Origin: Vicugna vicugna
Taxonomy: Eukaryota
Direction of reading: 5' to 3'
Assembly (NCBI GenBank): GCA_013265495.1
Contig: MU058844.1
Coordinates: 12,670,184-12,734,183 of the forward strand
DNA: 64,000 nucleotides
Position 1 is the first letter of the stretch; every line of letters begins with the position of its first letter. The notes beneath the pieces are model-generated. The model ran no database searches, had not been told where the DNA came from, and was given only the letters and a program-made list of their open reading frames with translations. This document shows, one piece after another, positions 1-13,783 of the stretch. The position numbers and the translations under genes are program-made.

Positions 1-130
1 CAATAAACCATCACGAATCTATCATGGAGCCTCAGAAACCATCAACTTCATCCTAAACAAAATATTGGATCCTCAGAAATATGAGACACAAGAACAAATG
101 GGCTTTGACTATACTTGTAATCTCTTTATC

Positions 131-1480
131 AGAGTGGTCTCCAAAATGGGAAGGTACACCACAGGGAGAGGCTGGGAGAAAGGTGGCACAATAATGGGAC
201 ACTAAAAGCAAATACTAAAACTACCTATACTCATGTTTTAGCTAACAGAGAAAGAAGTGAAGCTTCACTAGTATTTCATACAGCCTGCAGTGTCTCACTG
301 CTGCACTATACTCTCTCTGTCCTGCATGTGTACACATATTCACACACACACACACACACACTCTCAAACGTGCACAAGGTAATCCACCTAAAGGAAGAGC
401 AAGAGTTCCACAATTCACAGGAGATGACAGCAGTACCTTCAGTTCTTCGTTCTTTTTCAGAAAATTGTTTACATGTACCCAGTTAAGTGACTAGGCCTGT
501 TACCTCAAAGAGCAAACTCTACCTCACACTTAGAATAAGTGATGATAAAAATCCTAACTATATACAAAGAGTTGTTGATTATTTTTCTAACATTTAAAAG
601 TGAGTACGCATTTTCCTTTTAACAAAAAAGACAAGTGTTTCTTTTCTGGGGAGGAGGGCAGAGGCAGTGATGGCAAATAACTGTGACTAGTATGCTACCA
701 ACCATATTCAGCTGACCCTTGAACAACATGGGGGTTATAGGCAACAACCCTCCTCCAGTCAAAAATCCACATATAACTTTACCCACAGTTGGCCCTCCAT
801 ATCCATGTTTCCACATCTGTGGATTAAACAAGTGCTCATTTATTGGAAAAAAATCTGCATTTAAGTGGATCCAAGCAGTTCAAACTTGTGTTGTTCAATG
901 GTCCATTGTATTCTTAAGAAGCATAAAGATGTTTAGTCTGTTCCCCTTCAAGGCAAGGGGAATACTTCAGACACAGTGAGAAAGTAACGACTCTTATTTC
1001 AGTAAAACATCTACTATAATGAGAACTTTTTTTAACAGTTTTATGCTTGGAAATGTTTCCATCATTATATAATATAGTTTCTGAAAAAGCCTACACTACA
1101 ACTGTAAAAATTTTCTTATGCGAACACACTGAAAAATTTTGAAACAATTTTCTAACATATGTGAACCCATTTGCTATAATTACAAAAATGCCAAAACCTG
1201 ATTAGTTTGCAAGCCTAGAATCAGAAAATGTATATTTACAAGGTAAAGCTCAGTAAAATCTTTACTTAGTGTATAGCCCTAAAAAAATAATTACTATGAC
1301 TTAATAAATACAGCATATGTTGTAATTCTTCCATTTCGGAATTATGCATCTTTGTGAGATCTGTCTTTCTTTCAGCCAAAAGTCATTAAAACCAAGTATC
1401 CAAATGAAATTAATTTAGAGCCAGATTTCCATATCATTGTAACATAAAATATTAAACCATCTAAAATCATAATGAAGAAG
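131..1480 (+). mobile_element. Degraded hAT-Charlie DNA transposon remnant, interrupted by a Tigger-family MITE
   Basis: 1320-1440 translates, with frameshifts, to ILPF..HLCEICLS..IKTKYPNEINLEPDFHI, matching the Charlie transposase C-terminal pattern (LPFxSTYLCExxFS..KTKYRNxLNxEPDLR). Boundaries approximate. Confidence 0.5.
709..908. mobile_element. Tigger/MER2-group non-autonomous DNA transposon
   Basis: Terminal inverted repeats CAGCTGACCCTTGAACAACA...TGTTGTTCAATGGTCCATTG, followed by TA. Confidence 0.65.
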
Positions 1481-1687
1481 CGTATTTAGTTATACTACTC
1501 CCACTACAAGAAAGGTTAATGAAAGATACTAAAGTAAGACCTAAAGAAATACATACCCCAATTTCCCCAAATTAATCTGTAAATTTAATGAAAGCCTAAT
1601 TAAAATCCCAAATGAATATCACATGAACTTTCCAAGTAGAACCCTAAAATTCATTTGTGAGAGTAACAGGTCGAGAATAGCTGAGAT

Positions 1688-1821
1688 GGGGGGAGGGTGT
1701 AGCTCAGTGGTAAAGTGCACACTTAGCATGCATTGTCCTGGGTTCAATCCCCAGTACCTCCATTAAAAAAATTAATATATAAATTAAGAAAAAAGATATA
1801 AGAAAAAAATAAATTAAAAAA
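1688..1821 (+). mobile_element. tRNA-Ala-derived SINE (camelid Vic-1-like)
   Basis: GGGGAGGGTGTAGCTCAGTGG (A box) ... GGTTCAATCCC (B box), A-rich tail, near-perfect TSD AGAATA(G/T)CTGAGA on both sides. Confidence 0.85.
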
Positions 1822-3303
1822 AGAATATCTGAGACAATTTCGAAAACTAAGAAATAAGTAAAACAATGTGGCACTATACAAGATTAAACAAATGGGAGAG
1901 AAAAGAAGAGTATTTACAAATGGGCCTCAGAGTGACATCAGCATCATGATAGAATAAGACATCCATCATTTTGTCCCCTTCCAACAATAACTCAGCACCT
2001 ATCCACGGACCACGGTGGGAGCTATGGGATCTAGCACCATAGGCCAAGGGAGCTGGAAGGAGTCTCACCCACCCATGCTTTGGGTAACAGGCATTCAGAT
2101 CTAGTCCCAGCTGTGAGCCTTGCAGTAACTCAAGCACTGACTCTAGCCCCTCTTAGCCATTGTCTGGGAGCTCCAGACAACACTGTCTTAGACAGTCACC
2201 CACAGATGAGAGAGCCTTTGTGGAAGTCCAGGTTTCCACAGAATTTCCAGCACATTGCTGCAGAAAAAAATGGGTTTGGACACACTGGAGAGGAGTGCTG
2301 AATCATGAGCTGCATGACTTGACTCGGGGTGGGAAGGGGCTGGGAGAATAGCAGACAGGACTCTTAGAAGGCATTAAAGGAACACAGATCCCACTAACTT
2401 CTTCACAGACACCATCAAAATACATAATACATACAAACCAATTACAGAAAGACAAAAGAACTCAAAATCAGTAAATTTAAAATGGTAATTCACACAGGAA
2501 GAAACCCAAATGGCCAATAAACATAGAAAATATATTCAACACCTTTTATAATCAGAAAAAGGCCAATCAAAAGAGAGAAAAAACATTTCACAACCAGCAA
2601 ACTGGTAACAATTATCAAGTGTGACAAAACTAGGATTTAGCAAAAATGCGATGAAAAAAGAACTCATTTCCTGCAGATGAAACTATAAACTGGCATAGCC
2701 ACTTTGGAAATCAATTTGGCAATAATTGGTAAAGTTGAAAAAGAACACAGCGAACAAGCCAGAAATTCCAACTGAGTTGCTCACCCTAGAAGAACACCTG
2801 CTTATGTACTTGGGGGAACAGGGAGAAAGACATTCACTGATGCAATGTTTGAAATAAAGGAAAAGTAGAAACAATTTTAAGTATATCTCAGTAAAGAATG
2901 ATAGAATACAACAAAGCAGTTACACAGGACAAATTAGGCTCTCATTTACCAACACTGATACATCATGAAAGCTATATAGTTTTGTTTTTATTTTAAAAAG
3001 CAAGTTGCAAAAGGATCTGTAGAGTAGAATATAATTTATGTAAATTTTAAGCATACATTATAATAGCATATTTTGCCTATAGATGTCTGTAGAAATGTAT
3101 AGGAATGTTCATGAGAATGATTTACAGCAATTTCAAGAGAGGTTTCCTTGGGGAGATAAGGGAAAGTAATTTGAGCAACCTGTAGCAATTACAGCAAAAT
3201 GTTAGCATCTGCTTAATCTGACAGTTATATTCTTCTATATATTTACCTGTAGGATTGAAATGCTTCAAAATTTAAATAAATGTTTTAAAAGATAAAAATG
3301 ATA

Positions 3304-3430
3304 CTCACGGTGAAAAAGAATATGAAAATGAATATAAGTATACTCATGGTATGACTGAAAAACTGTGCTGTACACCAGAAATTGACACAACATTGTAAAC
3401 TGACTATAACTCAATAAAAAAAATTTTTTT
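3304..3430 (+). mobile_element. Very short 5'-truncated lineage-specific L1 3' end
   Basis: Same 3' UTR (GAAAAAGAATATGAAAATGAATAT...GCTGTACACCAGAAATTGA) as the L1 ending at 12001, with AATAAA and an A tail. Confidence 0.75.
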
Positions 3431-4375
3431 AAAAAGTAGAAATGATAGACAGCATTCATAGATACTTTTCAAGAAACAGAATAGTTAGAAGCATATATGA
3501 GGAATAAAGTAAGATGGTTGTTTTTTTCTTAAGATGAAAGATGTTGGAGTATATATGTGCTGATGGAAATGATGCATTAGGGTGAGACAGATTAATAACA
3601 AAGAAGAGAAAGGAGATGACAGAAGGAGCAAAGTTTCAAAAGGAAAAATGAATGTAGAACAGTATACTTTGCTAAATACAGTTGACACAATGTGCTTTGA
3701 TTTTTTATTATACGTAACATTCAAGAAAGTAGGGTGACATCAGTGGACTAAGGACTTCCAAAAGTTTGCTTTTCCAAAAAGATTATGAAAAACTGGCAGA
3801 ATCAACTTTTTTCAGAACTCTGGAAAGGCTTTCAGCAACCCAAAGAACATTTAGCCAAGAAATCAGCTGAATTTCAGGAAGCACAGAGGACTCTGTGGTG
3901 TTGTAAAGTATCATAGTCCCATTCTCTGCTCCCCAGCAGCCTTGAAAAGTAAATCTGTATTCCTGGTACTGATACCAGAGTGAGCAGAATAGGGATGGAG
4001 TTCTCTCAAAGCTTCATTCCCACTGGAAGAGTCCATCTGAAAGGCTTATCTATTGGACCTCACCCAGACTCATTAAAAGCTTCACTCTGGTGGGGCTGAG
4101 GGGTGGGGGTTGTCGAATAGTTTAACATCATAGTAGTTTGAGAGGATGGATAACAGTTGTGACACACAAGAAACAAATCAAAAAGCTCAAGCAAAAGCTG
4201 AGGAGTGAGATACCCACAGGGGCTTTGGAAAGCTCAGATGTTTTCTTGGGAAGCTAGAAGGCCACACACATGTTCAACAGAGAGAGAACATCAAAAGGAG
4301 GAAGAAACAGAAGTATTCACATTTCACTTAAAATATAGATGTCAAAGAAGAAAACAACCATAACAAAAAACTTAC

Positions 4376-4479
4376 TGTGTAGCCTTAACTATGTCCCATG
4401 TGCTGTAATCGTCAATGTGAGCTTTCCGTCCGAGGGGTTCACCATACCCATGGTTGTAATGGCTTTGAGGTTTGATTTC
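4376..4479 (-). CDS. ZDHHC17: ZDHHC17 (HIP14) coding exon 2
   Basis: 104-nt exon flanked by a ttctttaatag acceptor and a gtaag donor. Encodes EIKPQSHYNHGYGEPLGRKAHIDDYSTWDIVKATQ, continuing exon 1 in phase. Confidence 0.97.
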
Positions 4480-6304
4480 CTATTAAAGAAAAAAATCACG
4501 CAGAAGTAAGAATTGAGAAAAGAGGTACAGAAACATTAGTATTTTACTATTTTTTTGCTGTTTGAAAAATGCTAGTTATTTAAATGATTTTTTTGCTGAA
4601 GTCTGTACTCTTTAGAGAAAAAGCATGTTCAAATAGATCTACCCCTTACACTCTCAAAACGGACAAGTTTGAAGACTATAAATTACTGACAAATTAGTAA
4701 CTGAAATTCATCTTTAGCTCCACAGAACTGTCCTACTTCATCAATCAACTCTCATTCCCTCAGACTAACTTTTCTATTATTCCCACATAATCCCTAGCTC
4801 TTACACTCTATATCAAAAATTTCATCACATGCCAAATAACAACTAAGGTCCTAAAGAAAAGAATTCAGAGATATTATTCTTCTATTATTCTCATATATTA
4901 CCGTTTCTTACACTCCTTCATACTGAGGGCTTGTTAAGTATCTTTAGGGTGACTAAAGAACAATGGGGCAGCTCTATAAAATGTAAACCAGCTTGAGTAG
5001 TTCTAAAGATGTCAACACCCTTAAAGAAACTAATTGTTATATAAAAGTTTCATAGATTACATCCACTTAAAGCTTATATGCTGTGTTCAATTTTTCTACT
5101 TAAAATCAAAATCTACTATGCATAGTCAGTTTCCTCAATATACCATAGCACTAAAATACAATTGTTTCTTTGATATGAAAACAGAAAAATTGAGCATATT
5201 TCACTCTACTATTATCCACTCAAATTTCTCTAATTCTGATAGTTTTCTCTTACGCATGCACGCGCGCGAATGCACACACACACATACAAATAGAAGGACA
5301 GGGCATAGCATGGTATTTGGAAAGAATTAAATCCTTAGAATAATTCATGGTCTCTTGATCACTGATATTTAATAAAACAAATTTAATGATATTTCATTGG
5401 AGGATTAGCCATTTAATTTGTGTGGAAATTCCAAAAGTGATTTGTTTGAGCCATACATTTAGACTGCCAATCTGAGAATTTCAAATGACAGGGAACTAAA
5501 AGTTTCACAATATCAAATTCTGCTTAGTACCTAATCTTTGAACAAATTAGATGCTAAGTTCCTTATGAAAATGCCATAGTCAACATTAAAATACTACTGT
5601 AATAATCATAAATCTACATTAGCAGAAGAAAATAGATAAAATCAAGATTCACAACACAACACACATAATGCATACAGTTTACCAAGTAATTTTTTGAGAG
5701 ATTGTTCTTGAGCTCCATTAAAAAAGAACTGGTTAAATTTGAACATGGACAGGTATAGTATTCTGGGTTTATGCAAGATTCTAAATAATTGACAAAGCAA
5801 ACCAATACATAAGATTTACCCATTTAACTTTTTTAAACTTTTTCTATTTAATTTCCCCACTGAAATCCAATTCTCAACTTCTCTATGCTCTAAGTAGTGC
5901 AAAGTGAAGAAAAGACACCTTTCAGATCAGTAACACTTTCTTCTTTCTATTTTTTTTTCTGATTTTATTCTCCCCTACCATAGGGAAAATAACTTTTTTG
6001 ATTCTTATTTTCCTATAGGACTATAAGATATCTGAAAGACAGTAAATGGTCACAGTCTACAAGCAGAATGGAATAATACATCCAACAAAATATGTATTGA
6101 GAGCCTGCTACAAACAAAGCAGTCTACAATGTACTTAGGACCTTAAGCAAGGAGGGTAAGGCCAGTGCAAAGTTTAAAAGGGTGCCAAAAAAACTCCCTA
6201 ACCAAGATTTTAAAAAATCTTAATGAATTACCTTTTAAAAATCAAAACCAATGCAAAAAAAAAAAAAAAAAGAAAGAAAGAAGGAAAGAAAACCCAAACA
6301 TCAA

Positions 6305-7082
6305 TTTTTTTTTTTTTAAATTGAAGTACTCAGTTATAATGTGTCAATTTCTGGTGTACAGCACAATGTCCCAGCCATACATATACATATTTTTTATATT
6401 CTTTTTCATTAAAGGTTATTGAATATAGTTCCCTCTACTATACAGAAATTTTTAAATCTATTTTTATATATAGTAACTAATATTTGCAAATCTGAAGCTC
6501 AAATTTGCAAATCTCAAACTCCCAAAATTTATTTCTTTCCACCCCCTTCTCCCCAGTAACCATAAGATTGTTTACTATGTCTGTGAGTCTGTTTCTGTTT
6601 TGTAGATGAGTTCATTAGTATCCTCTTTTTGCTTTTTTTTTTTAAGATTCTGCATATGAGTGATATCATATGGTATTTTTCTTTGTTTCTGGCTTACTTC
6701 ACTTAGAATGATGATTTCTAGGTCCAACCATGTTGCTGCAAATGGCATTACTTTATTCTTTTTTATGGCTGAGAAGTATTCTGTTGTATAACTATACCAC
6801 TGCTTCTTTTATCTAGTCATCTGTCAATGGACACTTAAGTTGTTTCCATGTCTTGGCTACTGTATATAGTACTGCTATGAACATTACAGTGCATGTAGCT
6901 TTTCAAATTAAAGTTCCCTCACGATATATAGCCAGGAGTGGGATTGCTGGATCAAATGGTAAGTCTATGTTTACTTTTCTGAGGACGCTCCATACTGTTT
7001 TCCATAATGGCTGCACCAAACTACATTTCTACTAGCAGTGTAGGAGGGTTCTCCTTTCTCCACACCCTCTCCAGCATTCATC
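6305..7082 (-). mobile_element. 5'-truncated lineage-specific L1 (ORF2 end and 3' UTR)
   Basis: Reverse complement of the L1 3' region seen at ~11220-12000. Poly(T) at 6305; imperfect TSD CCAAAC(A/T)TCAA. Confidence 0.85.
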
Positions 7083-8273
7083 ACCAAACTTCAACATTTT
7101 AAATACAGACAGCACTAGTATCGCTCACTTTTCCTTCTATGCCAGGCTCCACTATGGCTTGGAGAAGTATTGCAAATCGAAATGCAAATACCAAATACAG
7201 TTTCTTGCTCTTCAGGCCTTTATAATCCAAAGTGGAAGGACAAAATAGGTAAGAAACATAAGTCAAAGATCAGAACCAAGAGCTAGGTTAAAATCTAAAT
7301 AAGGACAAATAAGATGCAAAAAGTACTAACATAACTTTAAAAATTATTTCAGCTGGAAAATCTGTTAGGGCAAATTGCTACTCTTTTTTTTTTTTTTTTA
7401 ACTAAGGACAAATATATTGCTTTTACAGGCAAATAACAAATATTCATAAAATAAAAAATAAGTATCTTTTTAAGCTTTACTCTTATAATGTTTTCATGTC
7501 ACCTTAATTTCATTTTTATATACAGAGATCTGTTATTATATATATAATGGTTCAACTGTATTCTTAGTTTATCTACAGTCCATTTTGTAACACTGACATT
7601 GCCAAGTGTGATCTTCCAAATGTACTAGAAAGCAGACTTTTTCTCCCAATAACATTTAAAAATTAAACCTATGTCAGTATTTATTTTATCCCAATTATAA
7701 GGTTTTTATTTGTTTCTACTTTTTAGCAAAGGAAATCTAATTTTTTAGAAGATGCCCTTACTTATGTCCCTAGAATAATTCTAGGGAGGTAGAGGTATTC
7801 CCACTAAAAGACAGAAAAAAATGGTGTTTAAGCAAATCTCCAATCTGTTTTATTATTTTTAAAAAATTGATAATACGAATCTTATGTTTCTTACTTCCAA
7901 TCATATTGGAAATTGATACATCTCTAGAACTAGTCCTTTGACAATCTGACAAATGACAACACTATCAAGATAACCACCACTATCAATAGGCCTTGGAATA
8001 ATCAACTTTTAAAAGTTTTTAACTTTTAAAAAATATAAAATAAGAAAGTATTGTGTTAATGTAAATAAGTCATAAATGTATAGATGAATTAATTTTTAAT
8101 TATAAATTTGCTATTCTATATCAGATAAATTTTCAACATACAAATATTTAATGACACTTATTTTTCCTTACTTTAATGGGAACCAAGAAGCAATTTAATT
8201 GATATCTCTGTAAGAGAAAGTAATGCTGATTTTAAAATACAGATGTAGGTCATTACAACTTTTAAGAATGCAG

Positions 8274-8454
8274 AGGGGGTAGGTATAGCTCAAGGGTATA
8301 GTGCGTGGTTAGCATGCACAAGGTCCTCAGTTCAAATCCCAGTATCTCCTCTAAAAGTAAGTAAGTAAATAAATAAATAAATAAATAAATAAACAAACCT
8401 AATTCTCCACCCATCCTCCAAAAAAAGAAAAAAAATGAAAGAAAGAAAAAAAAA
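8274..8454 (+). mobile_element. tRNA-Ala-derived SINE (camelid Vic-1-like)
   Basis: A/B boxes, (TAAA)n tail, perfect 10-bp TSD AAGAATGCAG at 8264-8273 and 8455-8464. Confidence 0.85.
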
Positions 8455-9686
8455 AAGAATGCAGTAATTCCATTAGAAGCAGCATGGTGTAACAGAAAAA
8501 GTTTGTAACTGAGAAGCTATTGAATTGAAGGTCTGCCACTCTCTATCTCAGCTACAACCCAGGAAGGCAATTAACAACACAGGAAGGCAGGTCTCTCATT
8601 TGTAAAAAGAGGAGGATGAATAAAATTGGAGTAGAGTTCCACTGAGGTGCCTCAAGGACCAAAATCAGGGCATCAAAGAGCTTGATGGTTTAATCTCCAC
8701 TCAATTCACTCTCTTCTTAAACAAAGCACTTTATTTATACTCTTTTTAGATACTGGGGCTTTAGATAATATTTCTTTAATTTTAAAAAATCAGCTGCCTT
8801 TTTTAAAAAGCTTAAAAACTACTAGATTAGAAGTCCTCCAAGATCCCTTCTAAGGATCGTACAATGATTTGATTGGAATAAGGATACCACTAGAAAGATC
8901 CTTAAGGTACCTAACTGACAGTCAAAGGTTTTTATAGCTCTGGGAGTTATTGAAGAGAAAGGAGAGAGAGCACCTCCAAAATCTGCTGCTGAAGTAGCAG
9001 ACTGGAACAAGAGCTGGGATAAGCTCAGCTGCCATAAGCTGCTGCTGAAAGAAATCAACACGACAAAACTCCAACTTATACAGAAGATACAGGCAAACAC
9101 TAGCTTGTATGTATTACCAATCAAATACAGATGTTTTGTAAGTACTCTATTAAGAAAAGGTGCTCCAAGAATCAGTTCTGTGGTAGAGTATATCTGAAAG
9201 AATAAATATGCAAGAGTAAATTCAGGAATATTCAGAAAGAAGGGTAAGGGTAGGGACTTGCCTGTTAGTAATTACAATATATTAGAAAGCAAATTAATTA
9301 AAAAAAAAAAAGGAGTATTGTAGTAATAAGCAGAGCAATGGAAGAGAACTTGAAGAATGAGAATTAGAACCAGGAGGGAAACACTGTTATTCATTGTATA
9401 AATAGACAACTGGCTAGCCATTTGGGATTAAAAAAAAATCGTCAGGCTCCAACATAGAAGGTTGATGTGCTAGACAGAAAGATGCCAATAAATACACTCA
9501 AGGATATAGTTTCTTTAATGGCAGATGTTATTTAAGAAGTTATTTAAATTTAATTACCAAAATGCTAATATGTATGGTAAAGAAATCATAAATCTCAAAA
9601 GAGGAAATGCATAAATCCCATCTTCAGCTGAAAGCAGACAAAGGCACTCAGGCATCTAGTTCAGTAGGCAATAAAGAATCAACCAG

Positions 9687-12001
9687 TTCAACACTCATTT
9701 ATGAGAAAAACTCATACCAATGTGGGTATAGAGGGAACATATCTCAACATAATAAAAAAGCTGTGTATGACAAACCCACAGCCAGCATAATACTCAACAG
9801 TGGAAAACTTAAAGACTTCTCACTAAAACCTGGAATATAAAAGGATGCTTACTCTCACCACTTCTATTTAACAGTCTTGGAAGTCCTAGCCATAGCAATC
9901 AAGCAAGAAAAAGAAATAAAAGGGATCCAAATTGGAAGAGAAGAGGTAAAACTGTCACTACATGTAGATGACATACTACATGAAAACCCTAAAAGCTGCA
10001 CACAAATACTAAAGCTGATAAAAGAATTTAACAATGTAGCAGGATACAAGATTAAAATACAGAAATTAGTTGCATTTCTTTACACTAACGATGAAATAAT
10101 CAGAAAAAGAGTAAAGAAACAATTCCTTTTAAAATCACATCCAAAAAAATAAAATACTTAGGAATAAATCTGACCAAGGAGATGAAAAACTTATACATGG
10201 AGAACTAGAAAACACTGATTAAGGAAATTACAGATGACTTAAAGAAATGGAAAGATATCCTATGCTCTTGGATTGAAAGAATCAATATTGTTAAAATGGA
10301 CATACCGTCCAAGGCAATCTACAGATTTAATGCAATTCCTATCAAATTACTCATGACATTTTTCACAGAACTAGAACAAATAACCCTAAAATTTAGATGG
10401 AATCACAAAAGACCCAGAATTGCCAAAGCAATACTGAAGAAGAACAAAGCTGGAGGAATAACCGTCCCAGACTTCAGACAATACTACAGAGCTACAGTAA
10501 TCAAAACAGCATGGTATTGGCACAAAAACAGACATACAGATCAATGGAAAAGAATAGAAAGCCCAGAAATAAACCCACAGACCTACGGTCAATTAATCTT
10601 TGACAAAGGAGGCAAGAAATATACAATGGAGAAAAGACAGTCTCTTCAGCAAGTGGTATTGGGAAAACGGGACAGCCACATGTAAATCAATGAAGTCAGA
10701 ACATTCCCTCACACCACACACAAAAAATAAACTCAAAATGGCTTAAAGACTGTAAGACAAGATACTACAAACCTCCTGGAAGAAAACATAGGCAAAACAT
10801 TCTGACATAAATCTTAGCAATGTTCTCCTAGGGCAGTCTATCCAAGCAATAGAAACAAAAGCAAAAATAAACAAATGGGACCTAATTAAACTTATAAAGT
10901 TTTGGACAGCAAAGGAAACCATAAGCAAAACAAAACAACCACCTACGGAATGGGAGGAAATATTTGCAATGATGCAACACAAAGGCTTAATTTCCAAAAT
11001 ATATAAACAGCTCATACAACTTAATAACAACAACAACAAAAAATCCAATCCAAAAATGGGCAGAAGACCTAAATAAGCAATTTCCAATGAAGGCATACAA
11101 AATGGCCAACAGGCACATGAAAAAATGCTCAATATCACCAATGATCAGAAAAATGCAAATCAAAACTACAATGAAGTTTCATGTCATACCAGTCAGAATG
11201 GCCATCATTCAAAAGTCCACAAATGATAAATGCTGGAGAGGGTGTGGAGAAAAAGGAACTCTCCTACACTGCCAGTAGGAATGTAGTTTGTAGCAGCCAT
11301 TATGGAAAACAGTATGGAGAGTCCTCAAAAAGTAAAAATAGACTTAACATAAGATCTAGCAATTCCACTCCTGGGCATATATCCAGAGGGAATCCTTAAT
11401 TCAAAAAGATACACCCCAATGTTCAGAGCAGCACTATATACAATAGCCAAAACATGGAAGCAACCTAAATGTCCAACAACGGATGACTGGATAAAGAAGT
11501 TGTGGTATATTTACACAATAGAATACCACTTAGCCATAAAAAGAATAAAATAATGCCATTTGCAGCAACATGGATGGACCTAGAGGGTCATTCTAAGTGA
11601 ACCAGGCCAGAAAGAGGGAAAAAAACAAACAAAAACCATGATATCACTTATATGTGGAATCTAAAAAAAGCAAAATGAGGACACCAATGAACTCATCCAT
11701 AAAACAGAAACAGACTCACAGATACAGTAAACAACCTCATGGTTACCGGGGGAAACAGCGTGGGAAGGGATAAATTTGCGAGTTTGCTATATATAAAAAC
11801 AGATGAAAACAAATTTCTTCTGTATAGCTCAAGAAACTATATTCAATACCTTGTAATAACCTTTAATGAAAAAGAATATGAAAATGAATATATGTATATA
11901 TATGCATGACTGGGACATTATGCTGTACACCAGAAATTGATACATCATAACTGATTATACTTCAATTAAGAAAAATAAATAAATAATTAAATTAAATTAA
12001 A
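9687..12001 (+). mobile_element. 5'-truncated L1, 2.3 kb, with broken ORF2 (RT and C-terminal domains)
   Basis: ORF fragments match L1 ORF2p ([49 protein letters not shown]). Perfect 17-bp TSD AATAAAGAATCAACCAG at 9670-9686 and 12002-12018. Confidence 0.95.
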
Positions 12002-12709
12002 AATAAAGAATCAACCAGGGAGTTCTGAGCAAGTAAGAAAACAAGATTAGGTATTTAATTTTAAAAGATCATTTAATGATTTTTTTCTCTTCCATAATAT
12101 ATTCTTCTTCCTTCCTGTCCCATTTATTAAAAGGCATTTCTAACTATCAAAATGTCCAAGCTAAAAATTCATTCAACTTTGACTTAATCTCCCAAAACTT
12201 CAGCTGTAAGTATTTATCAAGTCTTACTACTTCTTTTCTTAAAACAAATCCTTATCAGTCCTTTTCTGTTTTGCCTCTACAATATCTTCTCAAATGATCT
12301 GTCCACATTGTTGTTCCAATCACTCTCCTGCTTAAAATCCTTACGATCATGTGTATAGAATAAATCGAGAACATTTCAGGAATCATACAAAACCATTCGA
12401 TCTGCCCCAACTTACTTTTTCCAGCTTTAATATTCACCATTCCCTTCTACGCTTTCCACATACTTCTGTGTACCAGCCATTCCAAGAAGTCATGTACTTT
12501 AAAAACCTCAGTATCATTTTGTTCATGTTAGCTATTCTACTCAGAAGGCACATCCCACTTTAGGTTTGGCAAACTTTTGCAAATCCTTTGATTCACAATT
12601 CAAATGTCACCACAGCCTTCCTTGTTTCCCTCAAGTAGAGTTAACTGCCCTGTTAACTATGTTCTCACTACAATGCAAACAAATGATTATAGTCGTGTGT
12701 GATGGTATA

Positions 12710-13213
12710 TGTGTTAGTTTCCTACTGATCCTGAAATGGATTACCACAAACTCTGTGGCTTAAAACAACACAAATTTATTATCTTATATTTCTGTAGGTC
12801 AGAAGATTAAAATCAAGTATCAATATCGCAAGGAGTCAGCAGGGCAATGCTCCCTCAGGAGGCTCTAGGGGAGAAGTCATTCTTGGCCTCTTCTAGCTCT
12901 GGTGGCTTCTGGCATTCCTTGGGTTGTGGTGACATCACTCCAATATTTGAGGCCAGCATCCTTAAATCTCTCTAGTCTGCTTCATGTAGGTTTCTCCTGT
13001 GTGTGTGTTCAAATCTCCTTCTGCCTCCCTCTTAAAAGGATCCATGTAATTGCAATTAGGGGCCACTTGGATATCCATGGTAATGCCCCCCATCTCAAGA
13101 TCCTTAATTTAAATCACCTTTGCAAATCATCTTTTTCCCTTATAAGGGAACACTTACAGAACAAGTTTCAGGGTTTGAGATTTGATATATTTGGGAAGCC
13201 ATTATACTGCTTA
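12710..13213 (-). mobile_element. MaLR solo LTR (MLT1C/D-like)
   Basis: Typical MLT1 reverse-strand motifs TTACCACAAACT..GGCTTAAAACAACACAAATTTATT and CATCTCAAGATCCTTAA. Confidence 0.75.
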
Positions 13214-13372
13214 GAGAGAATGGGAATAAAGGTGAAAAAGTGAGAAGTTAAAGAGGCAAAGTTAATATTACGCAGACTAGGTGCCGTTTGTAGTTTTCTC
13301 TTGGTTATAAATTTCCTCAATCATTGATAGATTCAACTGCTGGCTCTTTCGCATGGAGCATTTTGAGAATTT

Positions 13373-13783
13373 TGAAACACTCTCTCCTTGAACAAACTGC
13401 AATCAAACTCTTCTAAACATCCTTTTCAACTAGTCTTTGACATTGGCCCCCATCCTTACTGGGACTGTACAGTCCAGCTTTAGCAAGAATCCTGCTAAGT
13501 TTAGTTTCCTATTCTTGATATATAGTCACCCTGGCATCTTTTCAGCAAGAATCCTGTTAAGTTGGTTTAACAAGAACCCCCTACTCTTGATGTCTCCTCT
13601 TAGTATCTTCCTTCCACTGACCCCCTCTATCTGCCTGTTGGCTATAAATCTCCAATTGTCCTTGTTGTATGCAGAACTGACCCAGTTCTATCCTGAGGGC
13701 TTCTAACCTTCTCTTGTAATAGTTTCTAAATGGAATCCATTTTTACCATTTAAACTACTATCTAGCTCTGGTTTTCCTTGACA
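13373..13783 (+). mobile_element. ERV1 solo LTR (MER31-like)
   Basis: TG...CA ends, repeated AGCAAGAATCCTG motif and GGCTATAAAT box characteristic of MER31. Confidence 0.7.

Noticed and set aside
1688..1765. tRNA-Ala gene (also at 8274 and 49356)
   Set aside because: A-rich tails, TSDs and broken stems show these are SINEs.
8822..9200. Antiparallel open frames of ~90-100 codons in intron 1
   Set aside because: No recognisable protein similarity, no ATG start and no convincing splice sites.
9877..11399. Active L1 ORF2
   Set aside because: 5'-truncated and split by multiple frameshifts and stops.
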